Assembly (NCBI GenBank): GCA_965372715.1
Contig: CBDVDH010000025.1
Coordinates: 1-50,590 of the forward strand
DNA: 50,590 nt
Direction: 5' to 3'
From: an uncultured bacterium
GTDB lineage: Bacteria; B130-G9
Part shown: in pieces, positions 37,012-45,012 of the stretch
Position numbering within the stretch: position 1 is the first letter of the stretch
Layout of the letters: each line of letters starts with the position of its first letter
Program-made: the position numbers and the translations under genes
The notes under the pieces: model-generated
Told to the model about the DNA's origin: nothing
The model's database searches: none
The model's input: the letters and a program-made list of their open reading frames with translations, nothing else

Positions 37012-37776
37012 TTATCCTTTGCCTACGACCTCAAGGAGGCTTTGAAGCATATGCGACCTCAACATATTCCTATCAGAATCATCAAAGGCCCCGGACAACC
37101 GACCTTCACCAAAGAATCTATGACATACAGAGCAATACGGCAACACAATAGGACCGAGGCTCTTTGCGTCACCCAGTGATTCGGAGTATGAGCCCGACTT
37201 GTAATACTCAAGAACCTCATCTTTCCTGTCCCACCAAAGGTCAGCTTTGTTCACAACGGTAATCATCCACCCCGTCGTCCTTCTGTCCCCGAGGATCGTT
37301 GTCCACTCATCTAGATAGGTCTTCTCAATCTCTCGGTGCTTCTCAAGGAAATCAGCCTTCACATTACCATCAGAATCAATGGCCTCATTCTTGCCCGTCC
37401 TACCCTCATGATATCCATAGGACGCTACATTGATTATCCCACTGACGCCTTTGCCGAGAGCGCTCCTAATGGCATCCATGCGAAGAGGCTTGCTCTCGTG
37501 CTCTCCAGGTGTGTCGATTATCTTGAATGCCTTATCCATGTTCCTTATAGAATGGGATTTAACTGACTGCGTGCGGCACAGATGATGTATCGCCGGCGGC
37601 ATAAACTCCGTGAATGATCTTATCATCTGCGTCTTCCCGGTTCCGGTGGCCCCGAGAACGAGAACACCATCGGTTTTCTTAAACAGGTCGCAGAACCTTT
37701 CCAGAAGCCCGCTCTTGACAGCGATTAGAGCGAGTTGTGTGAGAAGTTCCTCCATCCCGCCATCGACCATCTTCAT
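37012..37776 (-). CDS. Stand-alone TRAFAC-type P-loop GTPase
   Basis: G1 GATGTGKT, G2 RT, G3 DTPG, G4 NKAD, G5-like YCS; RBS AAAGGAG. Confidence 0.88.
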   Translation of the reverse strand: MKMVDGGMEELLTQLALIAVKSGLLERFCDLFKKTDGVLVLGATGTGKTQMIRSFTEFMPPAIHHLCRTQSVKSHSIRNMDKAFKIIDTPGEHESKPLRMDAIRSALGKGVSGIINVASYGYHEGRTGKNEAIDSDGNVKADFLEKHREIEKTYLDEWTTILGDRRTTGWMITVVNKADLWWDRKDEVLEYYKSGSYSESLGDAKSLGPIVLPYCSVCHRFFGEGRLSGAFDDSDRNMLRSHMLQSLLEVVGKG

Positions 37777-37806
37777 CTCCTTTAATTATCCCAAAACTCC
37801 ACAATT

Positions 37807-37815
37807 GTTATAGCA
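37807..37815 (-). promoter_or_regulatory. Extended -10 promoter element for the GTPase operon
   Basis: TGCTATAAC on the minus strand, 30 bp upstream of the ATG, in AT-rich DNA. Confidence 0.45.
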
Positions 37816-37962
37816 TAGCCACCGGATTATTGAAACCCTCTATAAAATGGGCGGACTTCCCCCCCAATTGACTCGACCCAGCCGCTGCCCTATATTTCAC
37901 CCTTATTGACGCAGCACGGCTAAGTATCCGACTTTTACTTTCTGGAGTGTAGAAACAGAGCG

Positions 37963-39288
37963 ATGAGAGCAAGGACATTTCCGGGTGGGATACATCCACC
38001 AGAGTATAAATACCTGAGTGAGAAGAAGCCCATTGAGCGGGTCGAGGCGCCGGAGCTCGTTGTTATTCCGCTGTCGCAGCATATCGGCGCGCCGTGTAAG
38101 GTCGTCGTCAACGTGGGCGACGAGGTGAAGATGGGACAAGTGATTGGCGAGGCGCAGGGCTTCGTGTCGGTTCCGGTTCATTCGAGCGTTTCGGGCAAGG
38201 TCAAGGCCATCGGGCCGTTTCAGCATCCGCTTGGCGACGTGCAGCCGGCGATAACGATCGAGAACGACGGAAAAGACGACGCGGTCGATCCGCTCGAGCC
38301 TTTCGACGACATCGCAAGCGTTGAGCCGAAGAAACTCATCGCGCGCATCTGCGAGCTCGGCGTGGTGGGGATGGGCGGCGCGGCGTTTCCGACGCACGTG
38401 AAGCTCTCTCCGCCGAAAGAAAAGCCCATCGACACGGTGATCCTGAACGGGACGGAGTGCGAGCCATTCCTGACCGCCGACCATCGGCTGATGCTGGAGC
38501 ACCCAGGTAGGATTATCAAAGGCTTCCAGGTGGTCGCGCACATTCTCGATGCTTGCCGTGCGATTATCGGCATCGAAGGCAACAAGCCAGACGCCATCAA
38601 GGTGATGCGGGATTCACTGAACGGTTCGGGCAGCATCGAGGTCGCAGAGCTGATCGTCAAATACCCGCAGGGCGGCGAGAAGCAGCTGATACAGGCGCTC
38701 ACAAATCGCGAGGTTCCGCCTCCGCCGGGTCTGCCGATGGACGTCGGCGTGGTCGTTCAGAACGTCGGGACCGCCGCCGCGATTGCCGACGCGGTATTCG
38801 AGGGCAGGCCGCTCATCGAGCGAGTTACGACCGTGACCGGAAGCGGCGTCAAGGAGCCGAAGAATCTCCTCGTCCGAGTCGGGACGCTGGCATCGCAGCT
38901 AGTCAAGCAGTGTGGCGGCTACAACGGCGAGATTGGCAAGTTCATACTCGGCGGGCCGATGATGGGCATCGCGCAGAGCACCGACGAGGTTCCCGCGTGC
39001 AAGGGCACGTCAGGCGTGCTGGTGCTCACGAAGGACGATACGATCATCCGCGAGCCTGAGCCGTGCATCAGATGCGGCAGATGCGTTGACGCATGTCCAA
39101 TTCACCTCAGAGCGTATCACATTGGGGCCCTTGTGGAGCAGGATCGGCTCGACGACGCCGAGAAGGAATCTGTGCTCGATTGCATAGAGTGCGGCGGTTG
39201 TGCCTACGTATGCCCAGCGTCGCGCTGGCTGGTGCATCTTTTCAAGAGCGCGAAGGCGCAGATAATGGCCAGAAAGCGCAAGAAATAG
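37963..39288 (+). CDS. rnfC: Rnf/Rsx electron transport complex subunit C
   Basis: [51 protein letters not shown], two 4Fe-4S motifs [12 protein letters not shown] and [12 protein letters not shown]. Confidence 0.95.
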   Translation: MRARTFPGGIHPPEYKYLSEKKPIERVEAPELVVIPLSQHIGAPCKVVVNVGDEVKMGQVIGEAQGFVSVPVHSSVSGKVKAIGPFQHPLGDVQPAITIENDGKDDAVDPLEPFDDIASVEPKKLIARICELGVVGMGGAAFPTHVKLSPPKEKPIDTVILNGTECEPFLTADHRLMLEHPGRIIKGFQVVAHILDACRAIIGIEGNKPDAIKVMRDSLNGSGSIEVAELIVKYPQGGEKQLIQALTNREVPPPPGLPMDVGVVVQNVGTAAAIADAVFEGRPLIERVTTVTGSGVKEPKNLLVRVGTLASQLVKQCGGYNGEIGKFILGGPMMGIAQSTDEVPACKGTSGVLVLTKDDTIIREPEPCIRCGRCVDACPIHLRAYHIGALVEQDRLDDAEKESVLDCIECGGCAYVCPASRWLVHLFKSAKAQIMARKRKK

Positions 39289-39341
39289 GAGACCCCGAGC
39301 ATTCCCATTTGACACCACAAGCCATTTTAGGAGGTCATCAA

Positions 39342-40013
39342 GTGAAGTTCTTCGTCGATACAGCTGACGTTTCTCAGATAAGAGCCGCCAAGGAGATGGG
39401 GCTCGCGGATGGCGTTACGACCAATCCATCGCTCGTGTCCAAGGTTGGAATGCGGGCTCCCGGCCGCGGTTTTCGTGAAACGCTCAAGGAGATATGCGAG
39501 ATCGTCAAGCCCGGTCCCGTGAGCGCCGAAGTAATAAGCCTCGAGGCCGACAAGATGGTTGACGAGGCGCGGCGGCTCGCGGAGATCGCCGACAATATCG
39601 TGATCAAAATCCCGATGACGAGCGACGGTATGAAGGCCGTCCGTATCCTTGAGAAGGAGGACATCAGGACGAACGTTACGTTGATATTCTCCGCCAACCA
39701 GGGCCTCTTGGCGTGCAAGGCCGGCGCCTCGTTCATGTCGCCGTTTATCGGGCGGCTGGACGACATCGGGCACAATGGGATGGAGCTCGTTGCGGAGCTC
39801 CTTGAGATAACCGGCGCCTACGGCTTCGACACGGAGGTTATTGTGGCCAGCATCCGCCACCCCGGCCACGTGAAGGAGGCGGCGCTTTTGGGCGCGGACA
39901 TAGCAACGATACCGTTCGCGGTGATGGAAAAGCTCTTCAAGCACACGCTGACCGATGTGGGCATCGAGCGCTTCCTCGCCGACTGGGAAAAGGTCCCCGA
40001 CAAGAGCTTCTAG
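39342..40013 (+). CDS. tal: Transaldolase, small TalC/FSA-like family
   Basis: GTG 39342 with [37 protein letters not shown] has Phe (transaldolase) rather than Tyr (FSA). Confidence 0.9.
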   Translation: MKFFVDTADVSQIRAAKEMGLADGVTTNPSLVSKVGMRAPGRGFRETLKEICEIVKPGPVSAEVISLEADKMVDEARRLAEIADNIVIKIPMTSDGMKAVRILEKEDIRTNVTLIFSANQGLLACKAGASFMSPFIGRLDDIGHNGMELVAELLEITGAYGFDTEVIVASIRHPGHVKEAALLGADIATIPFAVMEKLFKHTLTDVGIERFLADWEKVPDKSF

Positions 40014-40109
40014 CGCCTCTGATTTGTTCTCCTTTTAGGGATTGACGCTCGTTGGTTTTGACCCCTTGAGACAGAAGAGGCTTAGCAATGACACTAGGAG
40101 GCGATAAGA

Positions 40110-40340
40110 ATGCCGATTTTTGAATATCGTTGCGAGGATTGCAGCAAGGACTTCGACGTGCTTCTGGCACACGGCGAAGGTGCGACCGAGTGCAAGCACT
40201 GCGGCGGCGAGAACTTAAAGCGGAAGTTCTCCTGCTTCTCGACGAGGACGGACAGCTACACTGCGAGCGACGTGAGCGCTACGAGCAGCAGCGGCTGCGC
40301 CGGATGCACGGCCGGTAGTTGCGCCACGTGCGCCGGCTGA
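40110..40340 (+). CDS. FmdB-family zinc-ribbon protein
   Basis: MPIFEYRCEDC...CKHCGG...KFS, Cys-rich tail; RBS AGGAGG. Confidence 0.9.
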   Translation: MPIFEYRCEDCSKDFDVLLAHGEGATECKHCGGENLKRKFSCFSTRTDSYTASDVSATSSSGCAGCTAGSCATCAG

Positions 40341-40375
40341 TAGGGGATGTGTATCCTGTTCGCCGGAAGGCGGCT

Positions 40376-40452
40376 GTAGGGGTGCCGCTTGCCGCACCCT
40401 TGATATACGTTCGGTTACATTAGAGAAGGGCGGAGACAAGCACCGCCCCTAC
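40376..40452. repeat. GTAG-type REP doublet, copy 2
   Basis: Same arms and conserved spacer (acgttcggttacattagag) as 19159-19234. Confidence 0.8.
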
Positions 40453-40481
40453 GCGACCGCGCCGAGACTGACCTAAACACA

Positions 40482-41147
40482 ATGCATCTAGCTGAGATCG
40501 ACACCATCATCTTTGACATGGACGGGACTATCGTGCTGTCGCGCGATGTCGCCATCGAATCCGTTCATCGAGGCGCGAAGGAGATGTTCGAGGAGCTTGG
40601 GATTGATGCCCCGCCGCCGGAAAAGGAGAGGATACTCGAGAGCATCGGCATGCCCTCGCCGGAGTATTTCGCGGCTCTGTTCCCCGAGCTTGAACCCTCA
40701 GTCAGAGCCGATATTCAACAGCGAATCTACGAGCTTGAGGGGCAGCTTCTCGCCGAGGGCGGAGGCTCGTTTGCGCCCGGGGCGCCCGGCGCTCTGGTTC
40801 AACTCCGCCAAATGGGCCTCAAGCTCGGTCTTGCCAGCAACTGCGGCATAAGCTACTTCGAGAGCAACATCGAGGCGTTTGGCCTGGGCAAATACTTCGA
40901 CGAGATGCTGTGCAGCGGGATGCGCGGCTATCCAGAGAAGTCGGTCCTGCTCAAGGAGCTTCTGGACAAGTTCGGAGCGCAGAAGGCGATGATGGTCGGG
41001 GATAGGTGCTACGACATTGAGGCGGCGATTCAATGCGACATGATCCCCGTCGGCTGCCTCTACGGCTACGGAACGAAGCAGGAGCTGAAACGCGCCTCAC
41101 TTATCATAGGAAGCCTGGATGAACTCATCGGTATCTGTGGGGAATAG
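40482..41147 (+). CDS. HAD-superfamily hydrolase
   Basis: FDMDGT, LASN, K, MVGDRCYD, GYG. Confidence 0.92.
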   Translation: MHLAEIDTIIFDMDGTIVLSRDVAIESVHRGAKEMFEELGIDAPPPEKERILESIGMPSPEYFAALFPELEPSVRADIQQRIYELEGQLLAEGGGSFAPGAPGALVQLRQMGLKLGLASNCGISYFESNIEAFGLGKYFDEMLCSGMRGYPEKSVLLKELLDKFGAQKAMMVGDRCYDIEAAIQCDMIPVGCLYGYGTKQELKRASLIIGSLDELIGICGE

Positions 41148-41152
41148 GCGCC

Positions 41153-41785
41153 GTGCTGCGCTATGAGCAGCTGACGGTCGGCCCGCTGGACGTCAACTGT
41201 TACATCCTGTGGGACGAGATGTCGAAGGAGGCGATGATAATCGATCCCGGGGCCGAGCCGGACCGCATCCTTGAGACTGTGAAGGGACTCGCTGTCTCAG
41301 TCGAAATGATCGTCAACACACACGGCCACATTGACCACATCGGCGCGAACAAGGAGGTGAAAGAAGCGCTCGGCTGTCCGCTCTTGATGCACAGGGAGGA
41401 CATCTTCTTGACAAACGACGACTGCGGCATCCCAATAGCTCAGCTGATCGGCGCCTCGACATCTCCGCCGCCCGATAGAACGATCGCCGACGGCGAGGTG
41501 CTCAGGCTGGGCGAGACAGAAATCGAGGTCATTCACACGCCCGGGCACACGCCTGGCGGTGTCTGCCTCCTCTGCGAGGGCACGCTCTTCACGGGCGACA
41601 CGCTCTTCGCTGGCGGCCTGGGCCGAACCGACCTGCCCGGTGGCTCACACAAGCAGCTGATCAAGTCCATCAACGAGCGCCTCCTCATCCTGCCCGACGA
41701 GACAGCGATTCTTCCCGGCCACGCCTACGGCCCAGCCAGATCCACTATCGGCGAGGAGAAGACCAACAACCCGTTTCTAGGCTGA
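41153..41785 (+). CDS. Metallo-beta-lactamase-fold hydrolase (glyoxalase II-like)
   Basis: THGHIDHIG, TPGHTPGG, FTGDTLF, GRTDLPGG, PGH. Confidence 0.93.
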   Translation: MLRYEQLTVGPLDVNCYILWDEMSKEAMIIDPGAEPDRILETVKGLAVSVEMIVNTHGHIDHIGANKEVKEALGCPLLMHREDIFLTNDDCGIPIAQLIGASTSPPPDRTIADGEVLRLGETEIEVIHTPGHTPGGVCLLCEGTLFTGDTLFAGGLGRTDLPGGSHKQLIKSINERLLILPDETAILPGHAYGPARSTIGEEKTNNPFLG

Positions 41786-41920
41786 AGGTATTCGCAACTA
41801 TCCGCAACGCAGCGGCGCCCCTGATCGCTGTGTCAAATGGCGCTTGGCAAATGCCTCAGTATAGCGCATTGTTATATTGGAACACTTAACCAGTTTGTAA
41901 GCTGAAAGGGGTGTTATGAC

Positions 41921-42094
41921 ATGTCTAAGGGATACAAACCCATCAGGAGCAAAACCCACAGAACCGGACGCGTTCTGGGGGACAGTAAGGCGCTGTCCAG
42001 CCGCAAGCCAAAGCGAATCGGCAGAAGCAAGGGCAAAACTTTCATAGAGAAAACCCGCAGCAAGTTTCTGAAAAAGCTGTTTGGCAGATTCTAG
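41921..42094 (+). CDS. Uncalled 57-aa highly basic protein with C-terminal amphipathic helix
   Basis: My translation: MSKGYKPIRSKTHRTGRVLGDSKALSSRKPKRIGRSKGKTFIEKTRSKFLKKLFGRF; RBS AAAGGGGTG 7 nt upstream; below the ORF-track cutoff. Confidence 0.6.
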   Translation: MSKGYKPIRSKTHRTGRVLGDSKALSSRKPKRIGRSKGKTFIEKTRSKFLKKLFGRF

Positions 42095-42270
42095 GAGCGG
42101 GCGCCCAACCGAATACGAATTGGTCATGATCGGAGCGCCGGACGACAGCTACGATGGTATTCTGGCAAGAGTAGCTGACTCTCATCACAATCTTGTAGGG
42201 ACCAAGTCACAGCCCTGAAGTCTTCGATGATATGGTAGCACTGTGCGGAAAGAAATAGCCAGAGGTGATT

Positions 42271-42504
42271 ATGCACAACGCAGCAATTGATAAGAAACAG
42301 ATGCTTTCGGACCTCGAGATGCTCTCGAAGGAGCGACAGAGAGAGGTTGCGGACTTCGTTTCGTACTTGAGGATAAGGGAGGAGCTAGAGGCTACAAAGG
42401 AGATCCTTGAGGACAAGGACTTTCTTGAGGGCATCGCTAGAGGTGAGGAGGACTTCAGCCAAGGCCGCGTCAAGAAGTGGTCAGAAGTGAAGTCGGACGT
42501 ATGA
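42271..42504 (+). CDS. Putative type II antitoxin (DUF2281-like), orphan
   Basis: RQREVADFVSYL and GIARGEEDFSQGRVKKWSEV; RBS GAGGTG before ATG 42271. Confidence 0.7.
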   Translation: MHNAAIDKKQMLSDLEMLSKERQREVADFVSYLRIREELEATKEILEDKDFLEGIARGEEDFSQGRVKKWSEVKSDV

Positions 42505-42592
42505 TGTTCTGACTTCTTGCGCTGATGGCCGTTAGAAGCAGAGAAGATAGATATGAATGACAACTGTGCAGATGAGTCGTGGGGAGAGCGAT

Positions 42593-42817
42593 ATGAAGGA
42601 GATTAAGATCATAGTCGAGAAGCACCCCGATGGCTACGTGGCCTATCCGTTGGGTGTGAAGGGCGTGGTTGTGGGTCAGGGCGAGACCTATGACGAGGCG
42701 CTTGCGGATGTGAAATCGGCGATTCGCTCTCATATTGAGACGTTCGGATGGGAAGTTCTAGAGCTTGATCCCCCAATTCTCGAAGCATTCATCGCTGAGG
42801 CTTCGGTTGAAGCATAA
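42593..42817 (+). CDS. hicB: HicB-family antitoxin (short, no DNA-binding domain)
   Basis: IIVEKHPDGYVAY...GQGETYDEALADVKSAI; RBS GGGGAG. Confidence 0.85.
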   Translation: MKEIKIIVEKHPDGYVAYPLGVKGVVVGQGETYDEALADVKSAIRSHIETFGWEVLELDPPILEAFIAEASVEA

Positions 42818-42828
42818 GTTGAGGCATA

Positions 42829-43068
42829 ATGCGAAGGTTCCCAACCGATGCTCCAAAACAGAGGGTAATCAAGACGTTTGAGCTTCTCGGCTTTGAGCTT
42901 GTGCGAGAAAGGCGGCACATCAACATGCTCCGGGCGAATCTCGACGGCACCAATACCCCTTTGACGCTGCCTATTCATCGTAAGATGAAGGCATCTACTC
43001 TGAGGACCATCTGCACTCAAGCAGGTATCTCCAGGGACGAGTTCCTGGAAGCCTATGAGAAGACATAA
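42829..43068 (+). CDS. hicA: HicA-family mRNase toxin
   Basis: LGFELVRERRHINM...LTLPIH..MKASTLRTICTQAGISRDEF; hicB-hicA order. Confidence 0.85.
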   Translation: MRRFPTDAPKQRVIKTFELLGFELVRERRHINMLRANLDGTNTPLTLPIHRKMKASTLRTICTQAGISRDEFLEAYEKT

Positions 43069-43362
43069 GCATGAAGCGGAAGAGATTCTGAGGAATCGTT
43101 GGCGTTTTCTTGGGGCGGTGACTAGGCGCTTGCAGCCGAAGGGATGCTGCAAGATGGTTGAGCCGCTGACCGCGCTTGTCGGGGCGATCTCAACGGCGCT
43201 TTACCATGCGGACGCCAGAACTGAAACGGCTATTGTTTAGGCCAATGATGCTCATATTGTTGACCTGCATGAGTAAGATGGCGACGACCTGGGTGACGAA
43301 CGATAGCGTTGTCTGAACGGACAACAGGGCAATCTATGAGAGGGTGATGTCAAGCCACCACC

Positions 43363-43395
43363 AATGAAAGCGGCGTCGGGCCGCCGCACTCCATA
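43363..43395. repeat. REP-like arm (CGCACTCC family)
   Basis: aatgaaagcggcgtcgggccgccgcactccata, near-identical to 30261-30293. Confidence 0.65.
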
Positions 43396-43445
43396 TGGTC
43401 GCCTCCTGTCCGTATCAATCTGATTTTCGGAGCCCTGCCCCACGC

Positions 43446-43474
43446 TTGAAACGAGCAGGCGCCGGATATAGAGT
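43446..43474 (+). promoter_or_regulatory. Possible sigma70 promoter of the radical SAM gene run
   Basis: TTGAAA-N17-TAGAGT. Confidence 0.35.
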
Positions 43475-43557
43475 GTAATCTTTAGGGAGAAGTGGCCGAA
43501 TCTCATCCGCCATTGCTTCAATGAAGAGCAGGGCTGTATCAAGAGGCATTAGCAGGC

Positions 43558-44982
43558 GTGGCAAGGGTTTTACTCGTCAATTATCATCAGAATCGCGGGC
43601 TGAATCCATATCATCCCAGGAGCGTGTCGAAGGTAACGGGGACGTTTCCGCCGCTCGGACTTCAGTACCTCGCTGCTGTCTTGCGGCAGAGAGGCCTCGC
43701 AGAGGTTGAGATCTACGATGCGAACGTTAGTGAGGACGACGATGAGACCTTTAGGAAGCGAATCGCGTCGTCCAGGGCCGACATCCTGGGCTTCACCTCC
43801 TCAACGTTCGAATGGCTAACGACGCTTCAGGCGGTGAGAATGGCTCGCCAAGTCCTCCCCGAATCGCTCATTGTCGTCGGAGGGCCGGCTGTCGGGGCAT
43901 ACCCCAGAGAATGCCTCTCGTTCAAAGAGATCGATATCGGCGTCATCGGCGAGGGCGAGGAGACCTTTGCTGAGGTTGTCTCACTTTTCAATGACGGCAA
44001 GCGGCTTGACAGGATCAAGGGCTCTGTGTCGCGCCTCGATGACAGTGTCGTTGTCGCGCCGCCCAGGCCGTTCATTCAGGACCTCGACAGCCTCCCGTTT
44101 CCCGCCAGAGACCTTATTGACACCAAGGCCTACAACGCCATATTCATCCGGAAGCCGTTTGCAACCCTGATCACGAGTCGCGGCTGTCCTTTTCACTGCT
44201 CCTTTTGCTCAAGGTTCTACTTTGGGAAAAAGGTCCGAACAAGGAGCGCCTCGAACATCTTGGCCGAGTTTGAACACTGCGCGGAGCGCTACGACATCAA
44301 AGAGTTCATGGTCTATGACGACACGTTCGGCGTTAGAAGGGACGTTGCTCTGGAGCTCTGTGAACTGATTATCGAAAGACGGCACAAGTTCCGGTGGAGC
44401 GTCAGAACGAGGGTTGATTGTGTTGACGAGGTTGCTCTTGAGAAGCTGCGAAAGGCGGGCTGCTACAAGCTGCACATGGGCGTTGAATCAGGAAGTGAGG
44501 AGGTCCTGAAGCGGATGAAGAAGGGCATTACATTGAAGCAGGTGGAGAAAACATTCAAACTAGCGAACGAGGCAGGCATCGAGACAGTCGGCTATTTTAT
44601 GTTCGGCTACCCCGGCGACACACTCGCGAGTATCGAGCAGACGAGGCGCCTGTCGCTTGAGCTTGACCTTTCCTGGGCCGATTTCTCAATAGCGACGCCT
44701 GCGCCTCGAACGGAACTCAACGACGAGTTTGAACGGTCGGGCTACATCGACGGCGATTTCTGGCGACGATACACGCTCGGGGAACCCATCGACAAGCTGC
44801 CTTACTTCACGACGCCCGAGTTTGACGAGGCATCGCTCGAGCGCATCCTTCAAGACGCATTCACCAAGTTTTATTTGCGACCCTCGGTCATTTTCAAGAA
44901 GGCGCTTTCGCCGCAGTTCTGGTTTGAGGCCAAGAAGTCGATTGACGGTGCGCTTGCTCTTCTTAAGATGTGGCGGAAGTAG
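43558..44982 (+). CDS. Cobalamin-binding radical SAM enzyme
   Basis: PPLGLQYLAA, VVGGP, GEGEET B12 domain; TSRGCPFHCSFC; GVESGS. Confidence 0.92.
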   Translation: MARVLLVNYHQNRGLNPYHPRSVSKVTGTFPPLGLQYLAAVLRQRGLAEVEIYDANVSEDDDETFRKRIASSRADILGFTSSTFEWLTTLQAVRMARQVLPESLIVVGGPAVGAYPRECLSFKEIDIGVIGEGEETFAEVVSLFNDGKRLDRIKGSVSRLDDSVVVAPPRPFIQDLDSLPFPARDLIDTKAYNAIFIRKPFATLITSRGCPFHCSFCSRFYFGKKVRTRSASNILAEFEHCAERYDIKEFMVYDDTFGVRRDVALELCELIIERRHKFRWSVRTRVDCVDEVALEKLRKAGCYKLHMGVESGSEEVLKRMKKGITLKQVEKTFKLANEAGIETVGYFMFGYPGDTLASIEQTRRLSLELDLSWADFSIATPAPRTELNDEFERSGYIDGDFWRRYTLGEPIDKLPYFTTPEFDEASLERILQDAFTKFYLRPSVIFKKALSPQFWFEAKKSIDGALALLKMWRK

Positions 44983-45012
44983 CTGTTGTGCGTTGTTCGT
45001 TGACATTGAGCG

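Noticed and set aside
39093-39341. N-terminal extension of transaldolase
   Set aside because: It overlaps rnfC; GTG 39342 has a strong RBS and the family-typical start.
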